Positions 20,547 to 29,701 of a DNA stretch of 64,000 nt are shown here, in pieces. Made by a program: the position numbers and the translations under genes. The stretch lies in the IMG/VR virus record IMGVR_UViG_3300018481_000001, positions 99,991 through 163,990 of that record. One strand, written 5' to 3'. Under the pieces are notes generated by a model that saw nothing but the letters and a program-made list of their open reading frames with translations, was not told the origin of the DNA and did not search any database. How positions within the stretch are numbered: position 1 is the stretch's first letter; every line of letters begins with the position of its first letter. Origin of the DNA: a virus.

Positions 20547-23500
20547 ATGGCTGAACAAAAAGCATTTCTCGATTACCGCACAGGTGGCGACACAGGGCAG
20601 TCGGATGCCGCGTCGATTCAGCCATTTAACAATGGTGAAGCGGCCAATCAGTTGGTGTTGGGTCGGCCGTCAGAAAATCTGCGGCTGCGTACCGAGACAA
20701 TTCGAGACAATCTTCAAGACCTATTTTATCACCGTGATTTCAGTAAACTAATTTACGAACTCACACCCGGTGGGAGCATTGCTTGGGGTGGTCCCCTCAA
20801 TGCGGGGGGTACTGGAATTGTTACGGTTACAGGCACAATTAAAGTATCCCCTATTTTGTCGCCTACCGCGCCTATCCGTGGCGCACTGGCAGTGGGAACA
20901 CAAGGTTCCAATCTAATTACGTATGCTGCGTCATCCCAGAGCTTTGCATCACAAGGGCTCAATGCCGTCACGATCGAGCATCGTGCGTCTCCGGGAAAAA
21001 CGTTAGCAGTGAGTATTTCGGGTACACCGGTGTCCCGTGTATTGGTTGAATTTGATGCGGGAAATTCTGGGCACACGCCGTCCGCAGTTAAAACTGCATT
21101 CGACGCAGCGGTAGTAGGCAACAGTGCACTAGCTGGAAAATTGTCGGCTACCATTTCGGGCGCCGGTGTTGTGAGCGCTCTTGTCGAGACACCCCTTTCA
21201 GGTTCTGTAGACGATGAGTCTCACTGGGTCGCGGGAACGCTCATTACGGCAGCTACAACGGCGCGCAAGCTCAACCTCGGCGATGGCTTGGCCATTTGGT
21301 ACAAGTACGTTGTCGAGGCGACTGCGGACGCCTCAGACCCTAAGGGCTCTGTAGCCGGTGGGCGCGGTGAATCGTCTATTACGCGTGGCAACAGCAGCGT
21401 GCCCGCAGGTTCTATTTTCGTCACTTCGGACAGCGCGCGTAAAATCCCAGGTGCCATTCCACTATTCCGCGTCGGATATGGCGGCCAGCTCATCTTTGCC
21501 GATGGGTCGCGAATTGCAGCGGGTGAAACTACGTCATTTCAGAGCCCAGCGACAATCGTCACAGGCCTTTTGAATTCGTACAATACCGGAACGGTTGTAC
21601 CGCAGACGACTGCAGCAATCGACGCTGTCCAAACACAGCTGACCGCAGCGTACCAAGCAGCTATTAGCAATTCGGCCTCTAATACATCGCAGGCCATCAC
21701 CTCGAATTATACGACGGCGATTACCAACGCCATCAGCAATAGCCGGTCTACGATCACGGCTGAGTACAATACTGCAATCAACAATGCCGTAAGTGGTATC
21801 AATCCAGGTATTACACTTGCGCAGCTGGAAAATGAAATTGACTCAGCCCTGGCTGCACTCCCCGCGTCGAATAAGTATGCGACAGCAGCAATTAAATTTG
21901 CAACTGGTGGGGATCACAATGGCATTAATGGACTTAATGTGCTGTTTGACGGCACGTACCCCGGTGGCGGTGATTTCTTCGTGGGTACAGGTGCTTACAA
22001 CCTGACGGTTGACGCCGCCTCTACGTCAGCGCCGCGCCGTGTTTCTGCAGAACTCCTAGCCGGCGGGTATACGTCACTGACCAATACCACAACCTTTACG
22101 GTGCATGACATCGAAGGTGAGTGGAATGGTTTTGAATTTAAATCTAACGCAGGCGGCGGGTTCAGAGCTAAAAATAAACTCGTTCTACGTAACTGCGCCA
22201 TTGATGCCAACGCCTTTACCATTGCTGATGGCGCTACGTTACTTTTTGAAAATGTGGTCATCACCGGTACACGAAATACGGTACTGACAGCTGACGGGTT
22301 AACAATTCCTCCGAATTGCAATCTCATCTTCAATAACGTAACCATTAAAACGGTTACATCAGGTGCTGTCGTTCGTGGCGGCCTCTTGCGTATTAAAGGG
22401 CCGAGCACAGACTACGCTTTGCGCCAATTTAATAATTGTACATTTACGGGAGGCACCGCTGCATCAGGTCAACCGACGCACGCATTGTTGGTTACTGATG
22501 AAAACAACGTTGGCAGCTTTCACATGACGCAGTTTAATAACTGCCATTTTCATGCGACGTGCAGTGCCAGCACGGCAATGTCTACGGCACGCGTGTACAA
22601 CTCACTGGGCGTCGTATTCAATAATTGCAAGTTTTTTGGTTTCGGAGGACAAATTCTCGACCACGACACTTCCAATGCAAAGTACAACGATTGCATTTTT
22701 GAAGGTTCGCAAAATGCAGGACAGGTGTCGGTAACGTCTCGTCTAATTCAAGTGACGACAGCTACGGACACAACCGTATTGCCGTACGCCTTGGACAACG
22801 GTACGTACTTTTCGCGCTGCTTCGTTCGAATTTGTGAAGAAACTCGAAAAGCAACAAATCTGCAGCCTGTTATTGAAATGGGTCGCGAACCACTGACAGG
22901 TACACCCGAAACTTCCCGCGTACAGTGTCCGATTTTTGTAGACGGTCTTTACGTTACGTATGCAGGAACCAACCTACCTGCCATTGCGAAAGAACATCTT
23001 CTTTTGCGTGGAGGGTTTGCAGATCCTGTAGACGTACACAACGTATACAAAAATATTGTTCTGGATATGCGCGGCTGTTACACGTCTACGGTAGCCAATT
23101 TTTCGCTAATTTCGATCAAAGGAAGAAACGCGCAGCCTATTACGCCAGTAGCTGACGACAATGTCACAAACGTAGAAGTTGAAAATCTACAGCTTTGCAA
23201 TGTTACGTCTCCCAGCATTGCAAATAGTACGGTTGCGTTTCTCACCTTTGATGCTGTCAATGCACGGAATGTAACCATTCTCGGCATTCCCAGTGTTCAG
23301 ACGCTAGCGGCATCCTTGGGGAGTTTTTGTTCCTTTGGAACCAGCTCAATTGTCGAAAACTTGGTGATTAAAGGCGCCAAGTATTTGTACACAACACAAT
23401 ACCTCATCGTGCTCATTAGCAGTGCTGACACCACGTTTGCAGGGACGCGGCTACGTGGCGGCAAAGTAATTGGACTTCCGAATTATGCTATTCGGGCATT

Positions 23501-23855
23501 GCTCGGAATAGGCCCGGATTGTGATGTAGGAGATTACGATATTCAGTGCGCAGAGGCCTTTACACAAGTCTACCCAATTCTTCGTCTAAGCGATGGTGCG
23601 GGGGTAAACGGCTGCAAAGTACGCATGCCTGCGACGCCACAAGGTACCACCCACCCGATGGTAACCGTGGCAACAACCGGCGCAAACATTAAATTTACGC
23701 ACAATAGTATAATTGGCAGCTCTACAGCGCAGGTTTCTATTGCCCTGGGTACAGCCAACTTGGGCCAAATTTACCAAGGGAACCATTTCAAGAATTTGAG
23801 CTCCGGGGGCACGTCAATTACCCCCGTCGAAGCCACGACAACAAACAACGCCTAA
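20547..23855 (+). CDS. Tail fibre/tailspike with right-handed beta-helix
   Basis: 1102 aa; repeated FNNCTF/FNNCHF/FNNCKF/YNDCIF rungs; helical repeat linker; last gene of the tail operon. Confidence 0.75.
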   Translation: MAEQKAFLDYRTGGDTGQSDAASIQPFNNGEAANQLVLGRPSENLRLRTETIRDNLQDLFYHRDFSKLIYELTPGGSIAWGGPLNAGGTGIVTVTGTIKVSPILSPTAPIRGALAVGTQGSNLITYAASSQSFASQGLNAVTIEHRASPGKTLAVSISGTPVSRVLVEFDAGNSGHTPSAVKTAFDAAVVGNSALAGKLSATISGAGVVSALVETPLSGSVDDESHWVAGTLITAATTARKLNLGDGLAIWYKYVVEATADASDPKGSVAGGRGESSITRGNSSVPAGSIFVTSDSARKIPGAIPLFRVGYGGQLIFADGSRIAAGETTSFQSPATIVTGLLNSYNTGTVVPQTTAAIDAVQTQLTAAYQAAISNSASNTSQAITSNYTTAITNAISNSRSTITAEYNTAINNAVSGINPGITLAQLENEIDSALAALPASNKYATAAIKFATGGDHNGINGLNVLFDGTYPGGGDFFVGTGAYNLTVDAASTSAPRRVSAELLAGGYTSLTNTTTFTVHDIEGEWNGFEFKSNAGGGFRAKNKLVLRNCAIDANAFTIADGATLLFENVVITGTRNTVLTADGLTIPPNCNLIFNNVTIKTVTSGAVVRGGLLRIKGPSTDYALRQFNNCTFTGGTAASGQPTHALLVTDENNVGSFHMTQFNNCHFHATCSASTAMSTARVYNSLGVVFNNCKFFGFGGQILDHDTSNAKYNDCIFEGSQNAGQVSVTSRLIQVTTATDTTVLPYALDNGTYFSRCFVRICEETRKATNLQPVIEMGREPLTGTPETSRVQCPIFVDGLYVTYAGTNLPAIAKEHLLLRGGFADPVDVHNVYKNIVLDMRGCYTSTVANFSLISIKGRNAQPITPVADDNVTNVEVENLQLCNVTSPSIANSTVAFLTFDAVNARNVTILGIPSVQTLAASLGSFCSFGTSSIVENLVIKGAKYLYTTQYLIVLISSADTTFAGTRLRGGKVIGLPNYAIRALLGIGPDCDVGDYDIQCAEAFTQVYPILRLSDGAGVNGCKVRMPATPQGTTHPMVTVATTGANIKFTHNSIIGSSTAQVSIALGTANLGQIYQGNHFKNLSSGGTSITPVEATTTNNA

Positions 23856-24121
23856 ATTTTGTCTTCAGTCATGACCTGCGAAATATCCATAAGCGTTGCA
23901 AGCAGGGGCGTGGGCGTTGCGTCATCCAGGGGCACCACGCTCGCAATTTGCGATGTAAACCCAGGGTAGCTGTGTCGCACCGACCTGCTTTGCACGTCCT
24001 CTTCATTGGTCGCGGCCATAACACTGTGCAGTTTAAGGCGAATGGTTCGCGCAGGCTCGCGTGCCTCTTGCGGCACTTGACGTGAAATGGTTACGTCGTG
24101 TGTAATGAGAAAATACGGCAT
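23852..24121 (-). CDS. Hypothetical protein
   Basis: 89 aa; coupled to neighbours. Confidence 0.55.
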   Translation of the reverse strand: MPYFLITHDVTISRQVPQEAREPARTIRLKLHSVMAATNEEDVQSRSVRHSYPGFTSQIASVVPLDDATPTPLLATLMDISQVMTEDKI

Positions 24122-24417
24122 TAGAGCGGCTCCATAATTTTGAGAACACTGTCACCGCCGGCCCCAATTGTCCGGCAGCCAAATTCAACCCAACGGGCTT
24201 TGTGTTCTTTTTGGTAAAAAGATACAACAAAACCTACTGACCATTCCATAGGGTCTTGGGGGTTTTGCATAAAGTCGTATAGCTTGCTAACGACGACTTT
24301 GTCAAAGTGCGGGTGGTCAGGAAAATACGTTCCTTCTCCTAACCCCAAATAGTACGCGGCGCGGCGCAACAAAATGGGCGTAATGCCCATCAGGCGATCT
24401 TCAACGCTCGGATTCAT
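24121..24417 (-). CDS. Hypothetical protein
   Basis: 98 aa in a tightly packed minus-strand run. Confidence 0.6.
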   Translation of the reverse strand: MNPSVEDRLMGITPILLRRAAYYLGLGEGTYFPDHPHFDKVVVSKLYDFMQNPQDPMEWSVGFVVSFYQKEHKARWVEFGCRTIGAGGDSVLKIMEPL

Positions 24418-24640
24418 GCGTATCGCGGAAGACTTCGATGCCTTGGCCCTGCAAGGGCTTGAACCAGCCCGTCGGCTTGTCGCGTGTGAACGTCATGCGA
24501 ATGGTTTTAATATTTTCCTGGGCTGCTTTACTGATAACACCGATGATTTTACCGTCTTGGGTAATCAAGATGGCGTTATCTGTGTCGCGGTCCGCTTTAA
24601 TATCGACAGTTGTGCCGCTCATCATGCATTCCATTTTCAT
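24401..24640 (-). CDS. Hypothetical protein
   Basis: 79 aa; coupled to the ruvC stop. Confidence 0.55.
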   Translation of the reverse strand: MKMECMMSGTTVDIKADRDTDNAILITQDGKIIGVISKAAQENIKTIRMTFTRDKPTGWFKPLQGQGIEVFRDTHESER

Positions 24641-25203
24641 CAGATGGCTCCTTTAAATTGTCGGGACAGCGGAGGTTTTTTGGCACTTCCTGCCGTCATT
24701 AACGTTCCACGAATTGCGTTGACAACATCGAGCTGGTGTCTCTTTGTCGTGGTGGTAACGACAAGCTCTTTTGCAATATGTGAAAGACCATATGCATCAG
24801 CAAGGTTGTCGTTTTTAATTTCGATACCCCACTGCGCTTTAATGGCTTTCATCACATCTTCTTTGGACGCCGAGCCCTTTTGTGTGACAAACAATTTGAG
24901 CTGCTTAGGTGCCGCAATATAAACGCCCTGACACGTGTCGAATAGCTCGAGTTTGACCACGGCGCCGACTTCTCCCAGATCGAATTTACGGTTGATGCTG
25001 CCCATGGAATACCCTTCCAAAACGCCTGCCGCGAAGCGCACGCCTTGGAAAATTGATCGCAGACCATCCCGGATGTACGCAAGCCGTTCATGGCCAGTGC
25101 GTTTTTTTGGCTCGATGAGCGCATGCTGAATAAGCGCGCTCTTTAGGTCGATGATGCACAGACCGGTGTGGTTCAGGGATTGGTCGACGCCAACGAAGTG
25201 CAT
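24640..25203 (-). CDS. ruvC: RuvC-like Holliday junction resolvase
   Basis: FVGVDQSLNHTG, LEGYS, DNLADAYGL catalytic acidic motifs. Confidence 0.85.
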   Translation of the reverse strand: MHFVGVDQSLNHTGLCIIDLKSALIQHALIEPKKRTGHERLAYIRDGLRSIFQGVRFAAGVLEGYSMGSINRKFDLGEVGAVVKLELFDTCQGVYIAAPKQLKLFVTQKGSASKEDVMKAIKAQWGIEIKNDNLADAYGLSHIAKELVVTTTTKRHQLDVVNAIRGTLMTAGSAKKPPLSRQFKGAI

Positions 25204-25218
25204 CGCGTCACTCTAAAC

Positions 25219-25224
25219 TAAACT
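25219..25224 (+). promoter_or_regulatory. Putative -10 hexamer TAAACT, 6 nt before ATG
   Basis: First gene of a divergent unit, no SD, same spacing as other sites. Confidence 0.45.
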
Positions 25225-25230
25225 CCGTGT

Positions 25231-25614
25231 ATGGGCACCCCCGTTGACATCAAGGCCATCTTCACGCGCCAAATCCTGGAGCCAGGGTCTTTCCGTGTGA
25301 CGATGGAAGTTATCGACGCCACGAACATCGACCTCGATGTGCTCGTGTTTGAAACGGAGAATTTTCGCTTCTCACGAGTCGCATCTCTCTACGACATGGA
25401 GACATGGCCCGCTGGTCAAGAACTCGCAGACTATAACAATATTGCGTATTTTAGAGCACGTGCGGGGTATATTGAATATCCCGACCTACAGGACGCCATT
25501 CATTTTGAGACAATAACAAAACAACGTTTGAAAATACTGAGCGACCTCTGGAGCCAGCGCACGGATAATTTCCAAGGCGCTCTCGTGTATACTGCCAGTT
25601 CATACATACGCTAA
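25231..25614 (+). CDS. Hypothetical (probably virion) protein
   Basis: 127 aa; shares a motif series with the N-terminus of the next gene. Confidence 0.65.
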   Translation: MGTPVDIKAIFTRQILEPGSFRVTMEVIDATNIDLDVLVFETENFRFSRVASLYDMETWPAGQELADYNNIAYFRARAGYIEYPDLQDAIHFETITKQRLKILSDLWSQRTDNFQGALVYTASSYIR

Positions 25615-25622
25615 GGACCCGC

Positions 25623-26609
25623 ATGCCTGGAACTGAAGTGAACATGGTGCGCAAGACCTATCTCAGGTCTGATGCGTATACCTACGAAATTACCGTGAAC
25701 TGTGTAACGGCGGGGTCGTTGCCGGATATTTGTATTTTCCTGTTTAAAATTACGGATGAATCTGATCCTAAAGACGATGAGTTTTTGCGCGTCGTTGCCC
25801 CCGGCGACTTCACCTATGCAGCTACGCGTGATGGTGCGCTAGTACGTAAAGAAGTGTTCTGGCGAGACAGCATTGCAATATTTAATTTTGATGATCTGGA
25901 GACTGCCAATGCGGCCTGGAAAGAGCTATCTGCACGCATTAATGCTCTGGTTCAGCAAAACGATGTTTTCCTCGCGGACTTTGAAACCGTTGATGATGGA
26001 GTGGTACTTTCGTATCCTATGGTGGCGGAGACTGTTCGTGATTCCCTCATCCAAAAATACGATGAGGCCAATAATTCCTTGTCGAACGCCATTTCCGCTC
26101 GCGATACAAAAATCACAAGTTGTTCCGGACACGATGTTGCGATTGCGGCGGCGCAAGCGCGCATTGATGCCGCCGACGAAGACCTAAAAAATTACCTCAC
26201 CACCCAGGCCGCGCTGACGGGTCTTCAGGCTACATACGTCAGCCTGGTAGCACTCTTGGTGGCAGGTAATTCTCAGTTGTCGGGGCTCAATAGCTCTTCC
26301 GATGCGACCGATGAACAAAAAGCAGGCTTAAGCACCCAGCTTCTGTCGGACAGGACAAATTTGACGCTGCTTGGCACCCAGAACGCCGCCTTTGGCAGCC
26401 TAGTAACAGGCAGCGTGGCAGGCGCCATTGCAGCGCTCCAGACGCGTCTGGCGACGCTCCAACAAGAGAAAAACAACCTCGTGTCGGAGCTCAACTTGTG
26501 CACGCAGGACATCGCGCGGCTCGAGGCCCAGGTTACTGTGGCCGAAGAAGTCCGCGATGATGCGCTCGAGAGCGTGTTGGCCGTGTGCCCTGATTTTGAG
26601 GCCGCTTGA
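25623..26609 (+). CDS. Hypothetical (probably virion) protein with C-terminal coiled coil
   Basis: 328 aa; AAGGA SD; long heptad-like C-terminal half. Confidence 0.7.
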   Translation: MPGTEVNMVRKTYLRSDAYTYEITVNCVTAGSLPDICIFLFKITDESDPKDDEFLRVVAPGDFTYAATRDGALVRKEVFWRDSIAIFNFDDLETANAAWKELSARINALVQQNDVFLADFETVDDGVVLSYPMVAETVRDSLIQKYDEANNSLSNAISARDTKITSCSGHDVAIAAAQARIDAADEDLKNYLTTQAALTGLQATYVSLVALLVAGNSQLSGLNSSSDATDEQKAGLSTQLLSDRTNLTLLGTQNAAFGSLVTGSVAGAIAALQTRLATLQQEKNNLVSELNLCTQDIARLEAQVTVAEEVRDDALESVLAVCPDFEAA

Positions 26610-26635
26610 CATCGTTATAACGAAACGTTATAACG
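26606..26635 (+). promoter_or_regulatory. Sigma-70 promoter overlapped by two palindromic operators
   Basis: TTGACA (26606-11), 17 bp, TATAAC (26629-34); CGTTATAACG at 26613-22 and 26626-35; ATG at 26642. Confidence 0.85.
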
Positions 26636-26641
26636 CGGCGT

Positions 26642-26872
26642 ATGTCTATAGCACTCAAAATAATAACGGTCGGCAATAGCGCGGCGCTCATCCTCAATAA
26701 GGACGCGCTGCGTATTCTTCGCGCAGGAAAAGGCGATACCCTCTACCTCATTGAAACAGCAGAGGGTGGCGCGCTTGTACCCAAAGATCCGGATGCACGC
26801 GCAGAGCTTGATGCGCTCAGCAGCACCATGGATGACCACCGTGAAGTGTTGCGCGTATTGGCTGGACGATGA
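26642..26872 (+). CDS. AbrB/MazE-family antitoxin
   Basis: LKIITVGNSAALILNK...GDTLYL swapped-hairpin motif; ATGA-coupled to doc. Confidence 0.85.
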   Translation: MSIALKIITVGNSAALILNKDALRILRAGKGDTLYLIETAEGGALVPKDPDARAELDALSSTMDDHREVLRVLAGR

Positions 26873-27243
26873 AACTCCTCACGTTACGAGGAGTGATTGC
26901 TGCGCATGACCGACAAATTGAAGAACACGGTGGCGGCACAGGCATGCGCGACCAGGGGTTACTCGAAAGTGCCCTTGGGCGCGTAAATATGCATGTTGAA
27001 TATGATCCAGATGATACGGATATATTCTTTGTTGCTGCCGTGTATCTTTCTGGAATTGCGAAAGCACATGCGTTTGCCGACGGTAACAAACGTACAGCTA
27101 TCGTGGCTGCACTGGGGTTTTTACGCCTCAACAAAACCGAGATACGCATCACACCCGCCGAGATTCTTGCGCTTGCGCAAGGCGCTGCAACAAGCCTTAG
27201 TCTGGATGAAATCGCCGACTGGTTTCGTACCCGTGCACGCTAA
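26869..27243 (+). CDS. doc: Doc (Fic-family) toxin
   Basis: HAFADGNKRTA Fic/Doc motif; RDQGLLESAL. Confidence 0.92.
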   Translation: MKLLTLRGVIAAHDRQIEEHGGGTGMRDQGLLESALGRVNMHVEYDPDDTDIFFVAAVYLSGIAKAHAFADGNKRTAIVAALGFLRLNKTEIRITPAEILALAQGAATSLSLDEIADWFRTRAR

Positions 27244-27246
27244 TTT

Positions 27247-28692
27247 TTAGTCTTTGGCGAGAGCCCAACCGACATACGGGTCACTGTTTTCGCTCGGGTC
27301 GGTAAGCATTTGTTCTACGTCAGCGAGTTGGCCCGGCCAGAGCAATCGAAATAGCTCTGCCTGGGGATCGCGCCAGCGATACCGTATGGCTGTGTGCCAG
27401 CGATTATTGTGCTGAACCAGCATGCTGACACCGTCACGATCATGTGAAATGATCCAGGGTTCTCCTTTTCCAAATTGGTAAAAGCCGTATCTACGATTAA
27501 ACGAAGCTGCGAATACCGCATGCGCAATTGAGAGCGAAAGGTCCATTTCAGTCGCCACTAATTGATGTGACGGCGGAAGTTTGGGTACTGCAGCACGCAG
27601 TGCAGCGTAACTATTAAAGGTGACGCGTCTGCCAAGGTTACCTTTGGCAGCCGCTACGGCATATTTTAGATTTGTGGTATATCCTTCGACAAAGAATCCT
27701 GCGAGTCGCGCAGCAATGTTACGTGAACCATTGCCCAACAACGTCGTGGCGCACTCCTTTCCCGCGTGCGTCATGAGATAAACCATCTCTGCTTTGGAAA
27801 ACCCTTCGGACCCTTCTGAAAAGGGTGTGGCACCGTAATACCAGTTTTGAAGGGCTTTCTCTACGTCGCTTTCAACTGCGTGTTTGATGCAGCGGTCAAT
27901 GCTCCCGCAATCGAGAACACTGTATTCGTTGCCGCGCTTAAAAACGCACTGCGCGCACTCTGCTTTTCGGAAGTTGTTTTTGACAACAATACTTTTCCCG
28001 CGATCTCGGAACTCTTTTTCACGCTCAGGAATGAGCGCAAAATCGTAGTTGTCCCATGGACGCAAGGATTCCACAAACGCTGCATCGACCATATACAAAC
28101 CTGGTTTGTAGTCGTAGCCCGCGATGTTTTTGTAGCGCTGTACTTGGTGTGCGGCAGTTTCGACGGGTGAAAAGTCTGCCAGGTCCATTTCTGGCATGGT
28201 TCGAAAGAGCGTAGATGTAAGGCACGTGCCGTCTTTGATGCGTGGGCACGGACAATGGCCGGTGCTGCGTTCTAACTGCAGGCAGCTGTCATACATCGAG
28301 TCATAATCGACCGCTTCGACGTTCGTGGCAGGGTCACGAATATTTGCAATAAGCCAACCTTTCGGCTGAGTTTTGCTAATCCATTCATACCCTTCGTCAT
28401 TAGAAATGCCCTTAACAATAGCAATGGGTTTAACAATACTCTGGGTATTGAACGACGCCATGACCGTATTGTCATCGATTCGGATTGCCCATACCGAGCG
28501 AGCATCGTCGTAAAGACCAGAAAGAACCCACATGGCACGATGTACGCTCTCGAACGCCGTGAGACCTTCGGTGTTGTGAAACAAATACCCAGTGCCCGCA
28601 TCACGGTAGACGTAATTAAACTCTTTATTGCGGGTGCTCTGACGGCTCTGAACCGACGGCGTCGCTATGCACTGTGTGTAGTATTTCGCCAT
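27247..28692 (-). CDS. Uncharacterised Cys-rich protein downstream of the RT
   Basis: 481 aa; clusters CLQLERSTGHCPCPRIKDGTC and CAQC-x12-C-x5-C; start overlaps the RT 3' end by 68 nt. Confidence 0.75.
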   Translation of the reverse strand: MAKYYTQCIATPSVQSRQSTRNKEFNYVYRDAGTGYLFHNTEGLTAFESVHRAMWVLSGLYDDARSVWAIRIDDNTVMASFNTQSIVKPIAIVKGISNDEGYEWISKTQPKGWLIANIRDPATNVEAVDYDSMYDSCLQLERSTGHCPCPRIKDGTCLTSTLFRTMPEMDLADFSPVETAAHQVQRYKNIAGYDYKPGLYMVDAAFVESLRPWDNYDFALIPEREKEFRDRGKSIVVKNNFRKAECAQCVFKRGNEYSVLDCGSIDRCIKHAVESDVEKALQNWYYGATPFSEGSEGFSKAEMVYLMTHAGKECATTLLGNGSRNIAARLAGFFVEGYTTNLKYAVAAAKGNLGRRVTFNSYAALRAAVPKLPPSHQLVATEMDLSLSIAHAVFAASFNRRYGFYQFGKGEPWIISHDRDGVSMLVQHNNRWHTAIRYRWRDPQAELFRLLWPGQLADVEQMLTDPSENSDPYVGWALAKD

Positions 28693-29701
28693 GACATAAA
28701 TCCAGTTGTTTTCTTAAATTTAATGCTTTGTCAGGGTTAATCATTTGATAATAGGCAATCATGCCCTCAATTTGGGAACGCAGTAGCGCTCCCGAGGCCA
28801 CGCCCATTTGTGTAGCTACATGATCAAATCCCTGATACCGGCACTGATGTATACGAGCGCGGAGCGCGCGATATTGAAGACGCATCACATTCGGCTTTTC
28901 GTTGATCGTCATGCCCAACAAACGTTGCTGGGTATTGGATCGCCCTACCCGCAGTTTGCGCCGATTTACTCGGTAGCCCGCTGCGTGAATAATGTGTGTG
29001 ACTTCATGAATAAACTCACTGACCTTTTTTCGATCATACAAAGTATTCGAGGAAAATGCCAGGTCATCAGCATAGCGGGTGTAAGACATATCCCATGCCA
29101 GGCACAATTCGAGTATTCGTTTATCGATTCGGTTGTGAGCTACCCAGTTACAAATAGCTCCACTGGTTGGAGCACCTTGCGGTACGACATACCTTTTCCC
29201 CCTTTCTGTAAAGATAGGAACCGTTGCTAGGTCAGAAATGGCACTTGCTACTTCGTAGCAAAAACCAAACTCGTCTTGCAACATGCAGCGCACCCAAGAA
29301 CGGCGCGTGCTTGGGAAGAATTCTTTGAGGTCAAGAACGATGAGTACCTTTTTGCCGCTGTGCTGCTCGGCACTGAACCGCGTCGTACGCTCGGGCACGT
29401 ACGCAGTGATGTGTTTCGGATATTCAATATTAGTAAAAAAGCGTTTGAGCAGCCGCGTCTGCACAAATTTTAGCCGTTTACTTGGTGCATGAATAATCCG
29501 TGTACCGCCCGATTTCTTTTTAATCCGAAATTCTTGATACAATGCTGCACGGTCTACAATAACACCCATGAGCGTGCGATTACGTACCCCCATGTGGTGT
29601 GCGAGCGTCATCGTATCAATGCACCACGGAACGCCAGCGGGCGTTTGAGAGAAATCAAGGGAGTCGATAATCGTTATTGTCGTCTTGTTGTACGCTGGCA
29701 T
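28625..29701 (-). CDS. Retron-clade reverse transcriptase
   Basis: YQEFRIKKKSGGTRIIHAP, LDLKEFFPS, PQGAPTS, YTRYADDLAFS (YADD at 29063-29074), GYRVNRRK; AAGGA SD before ATG 29701. Confidence 0.9.
   Translation of the reverse strand: MPAYNKTTITIIDSLDFSQTPAGVPWCIDTMTLAHHMGVRNRTLMGVIVDRAALYQEFRIKKKSGGTRIIHAPSKRLKFVQTRLLKRFFTNIEYPKHITAYVPERTTRFSAEQHSGKKVLIVLDLKEFFPSTRRSWVRCMLQDEFGFCYEVASAISDLATVPIFTERGKRYVVPQGAPTSGAICNWVAHNRIDKRILELCLAWDMSYTRYADDLAFSSNTLYDRKKVSEFIHEVTHIIHAAGYRVNRRKLRVGRSNTQQRLLGMTINEKPNVMRLQYRALRARIHQCRYQGFDHVATQMGVASGALLRSQIEGMIAYYQMINPDKALNLRKQLDLCHGEILHTVHSDAVGSEPSEHPQ

Noticed and set aside
2638-23855. Tail module as a bacterial contractile injection system or tailocin
   Set aside because: Terminase, portal, DNA polymerase, primase and RNAP in the same window indicate a complete phage.
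28625-29701. RT as part of a diversity-generating retroelement
   Set aside because: Motifs are PQGAPTS/YADD of retron type rather than the DGR LPIGNLTSQ pattern, and I saw no TR/VR repeat pair or Avd-like gene. A self-alignment allowing A-mismatches would settle it.
28625-29701. RT as a group II intron-encoded protein
   Set aside because: Too short, no maturase or endonuclease domain, no flanking non-coding intron RNA, and no interrupted host gene.
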